From Paraphysomonas bandaiensis (lineage: Eukaryota > Protista > Chrysophyceae), in assembly GCA_965644295.1 (NCBI GenBank), contig CBFFRP010000219.1:62001-126000 (forward strand): a stretch of DNA of 64,000 nt, read 5' to 3'. A program made the translations under genes and the position numbers. The notes beneath the pieces were generated by a model. It searched no databases, was not told the origin of the DNA, and saw only the letters and a list, made by a program, of their open reading frames with translations. Numbering within the stretch: position 1 is the stretch's first letter; the number at the start of each line of letters is the position of its first letter. Below are positions 59,765-64,000 of this stretch, piece by piece.

Positions 59765-60723
59765 AATATAACATGACTTCGCGTTATGGTGGATGACATA
59801 TAGAAAGTTTTCCAAACTAGAGTCTGGAACTTAGGGATTTTCAGTAGAAAACCATGGTTTTACAAGACAAAAACTGTGTTTTGTATAAAAAACCTGGGTT
59901 TTTAATTGTGGATGGTGCCGTTGTGGTGGACAGGATGGTACACACCATCCACCACAACGCGAAGTGACTATACACCCCAACATTTGTACAGAATACAATA
60001 ATGGAATAGTTGTACAGCAGAATACTGATCGGGATCTTTTGCACAGCAGTCCAGGCAGTGCAGTGCCCTTGTATCCTTCGTTCATGGATAACTGTGCCTC
60101 GAACTCTTCTCGCCAGTTCAATTCAAAGCTGTCAGTTCTCATGCCTATGATCATATGTCGGTCCCTGTACCCTGATCTCATGATATGGCAGTGAGTTGCT
60201 ATGATCAGCTCCTTCTACGAAGTCATGTATGTTCGTTCGGGTACCTCGTGCGCGGTTAGTATTGATGTATTGATGTCTTGTTGCAGTCTCTTCTGCGTCG
60301 CTGATTGGTTTACTGATAATCGATGTAACATGCGCTACTGCGGTATCATAGTAGACATTGATATTTCTGGAATCTCGCTGAAGCTCAGGGGCAGGGCACA
60401 CTTTGCGAGTAATATGACAGTCTTTAACTCTACTACGTATTCACTCCCAGATGCCAGTCGTCGGTGAAATTGACAAGCAGTAAATAATGTTAATGACAGG
60501 GCGTGAGATGGTGTACAATGTTTTTGTCTAGCGGTACATATTCAGTCGTGTGTATGCAACTTAGTCAAAACGTAAAATATATTTCATATTCAAAAAAGCT
60601 AAACGTGAATGATATCTGTTGCGGGAATGTCAATATTGTAGTCGAAAAAAACTCATAGAAAATTTACTCAACAGTTGAGTTTTTTCACAATCACCAACTA
60701 TATTTATATTATTCACAACGTCT

Positions 60724-63349
<2,626 letters not shown>

Positions 63350-63537
63350 CCTCTATTATCGATTAAATAATCAGAACAATAAAGTCATCAAGCAGTCGGC
63401 AACCACAGTGTGAAAAACTCTTGCATTGCAAAGGTGAATTTTCTAAACGCAACTACCTGAGAACAACTATGAGTTTGAATATTCGTATATCCACACCTTG
63501 TACACATACACAGTGTACAGCAGTACAGTACAGTACA

Positions 63538-63614
63538 ATGTATGTATGTATGTATGTATGTATGTATGTATGTATGTATGTATGTATGTATGTATGTATG
63601 TATGTATGTATGTA
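63538..63614. repeat. (TATG)n microsatellite
   Basis: About 19 units immediately upstream of the BTB gene. Confidence 0.95.
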
Positions 63615-63631
63615 TTGTATTAAGGTATCTC

Positions 63632-64000
63632 ATGGGTGACAGTGTCATTGAGTTTCTCGTAGGTGGTATTCGTTACACCGTGCTGCGGTGTAGCATAAAG
63701 GATGAGGTTATCAAGGACTCCTTCTTCGAGTGTTGCTTGAAGGATGTGTGGGCTCCCTCTGATGGTGGGCCTATAACCATTGGTCGGGATGGTGTTTTAT
63801 TTCAGTATGTGTTGGATTTTTTGAGGTATGGGAGCCTCCCGAGGAATAGATATGGTCAGTGTGAGCTGAGCACCTCAACACTCTTGCTCCTTCGAGAGGA
63901 GGCTTCCTTCTATACACTCCAGCAGCTGGAGTCCGAATGCGATGAGATTCTTACGTCAGATATGGGTGTGATTGGACTCTATTTTAAGGTTAAACGGTTT
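63632..64000 (+). CDS. KCTD/T1-type BTB domain protein (3' end outside the window)
   Basis: VIEFLVGGIRYTV...ITIGRDGVLFQYVLDFLRYG...LREEASFYTL. Missed by the ORF track because it has no stop in the window. Confidence 0.85.
   Translation, partial: MGDSVIEFLVGGIRYTVLRCSIKDEVIKDSFFECCLKDVWAPSDGGPITIGRDGVLFQYVLDFLRYGSLPRNRYGQCELSTSTLLLLREEASFYTLQQLESECDEILTSDMGVIGLYFKVKRF

Noticed and set aside
59831-60467. Overlapping short ORFs on both strands
   Set aside because: No recognisable motif; they could not be distinguished from chance ORFs or a decayed fragment.

Overview
A compact, gene-dense eukaryotic nuclear region using the standard genetic code, with many short (mostly ~45-60 nt) GT-AG introns. 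The gene set suggests a stramenopile protist, possibly chrysophyte-like; this is inference only. About 24 genes can be reconstructed. Recognisable ones are a MAP2K-like kinase (5' partial), PIG-Q/GPI1, a RING-H2 protein with novel tandem modules, a Crinkler-type NTPase+REase protein, patatin, a TM-dCache-TM-HAMP sensor, DUF1295, BCDIN3D, prolyl oligopeptidase, a VAMP7-like SNARE, an ankyrin protein, a short ATG11-claw protein, two cyclin-Y-like genes (one WW-fused), a P5A ATPase, a MyTH4-FERM myosin, a pseudouridine synthase, NDUFB3, a sulfotransferase, RecQ and a BTB protein (3' partial). Non-coding structure includes nine 5'-truncated copies of a non-LTR retroelement family with a shared non-poly(A) 3' tail (clear 11-14 bp target-site duplications on four copies), a hAT transposase relic, two pseudogenes, and promoter-proximal palindromes built of ~10-bp-phased A/T tracts flanked by GTAC-rich sequence. 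The most notable candidates are the intronless NTPase-nuclease gene in an accessory island (12-16 kb), the bacterial-style amino-acid sensor with no output domain, the mini-ATG11 with a LIR motif, the RING protein with repeated bacterial-like helical modules, and the promoter architecture. All calls come from manual motif reading; no database searches were run.
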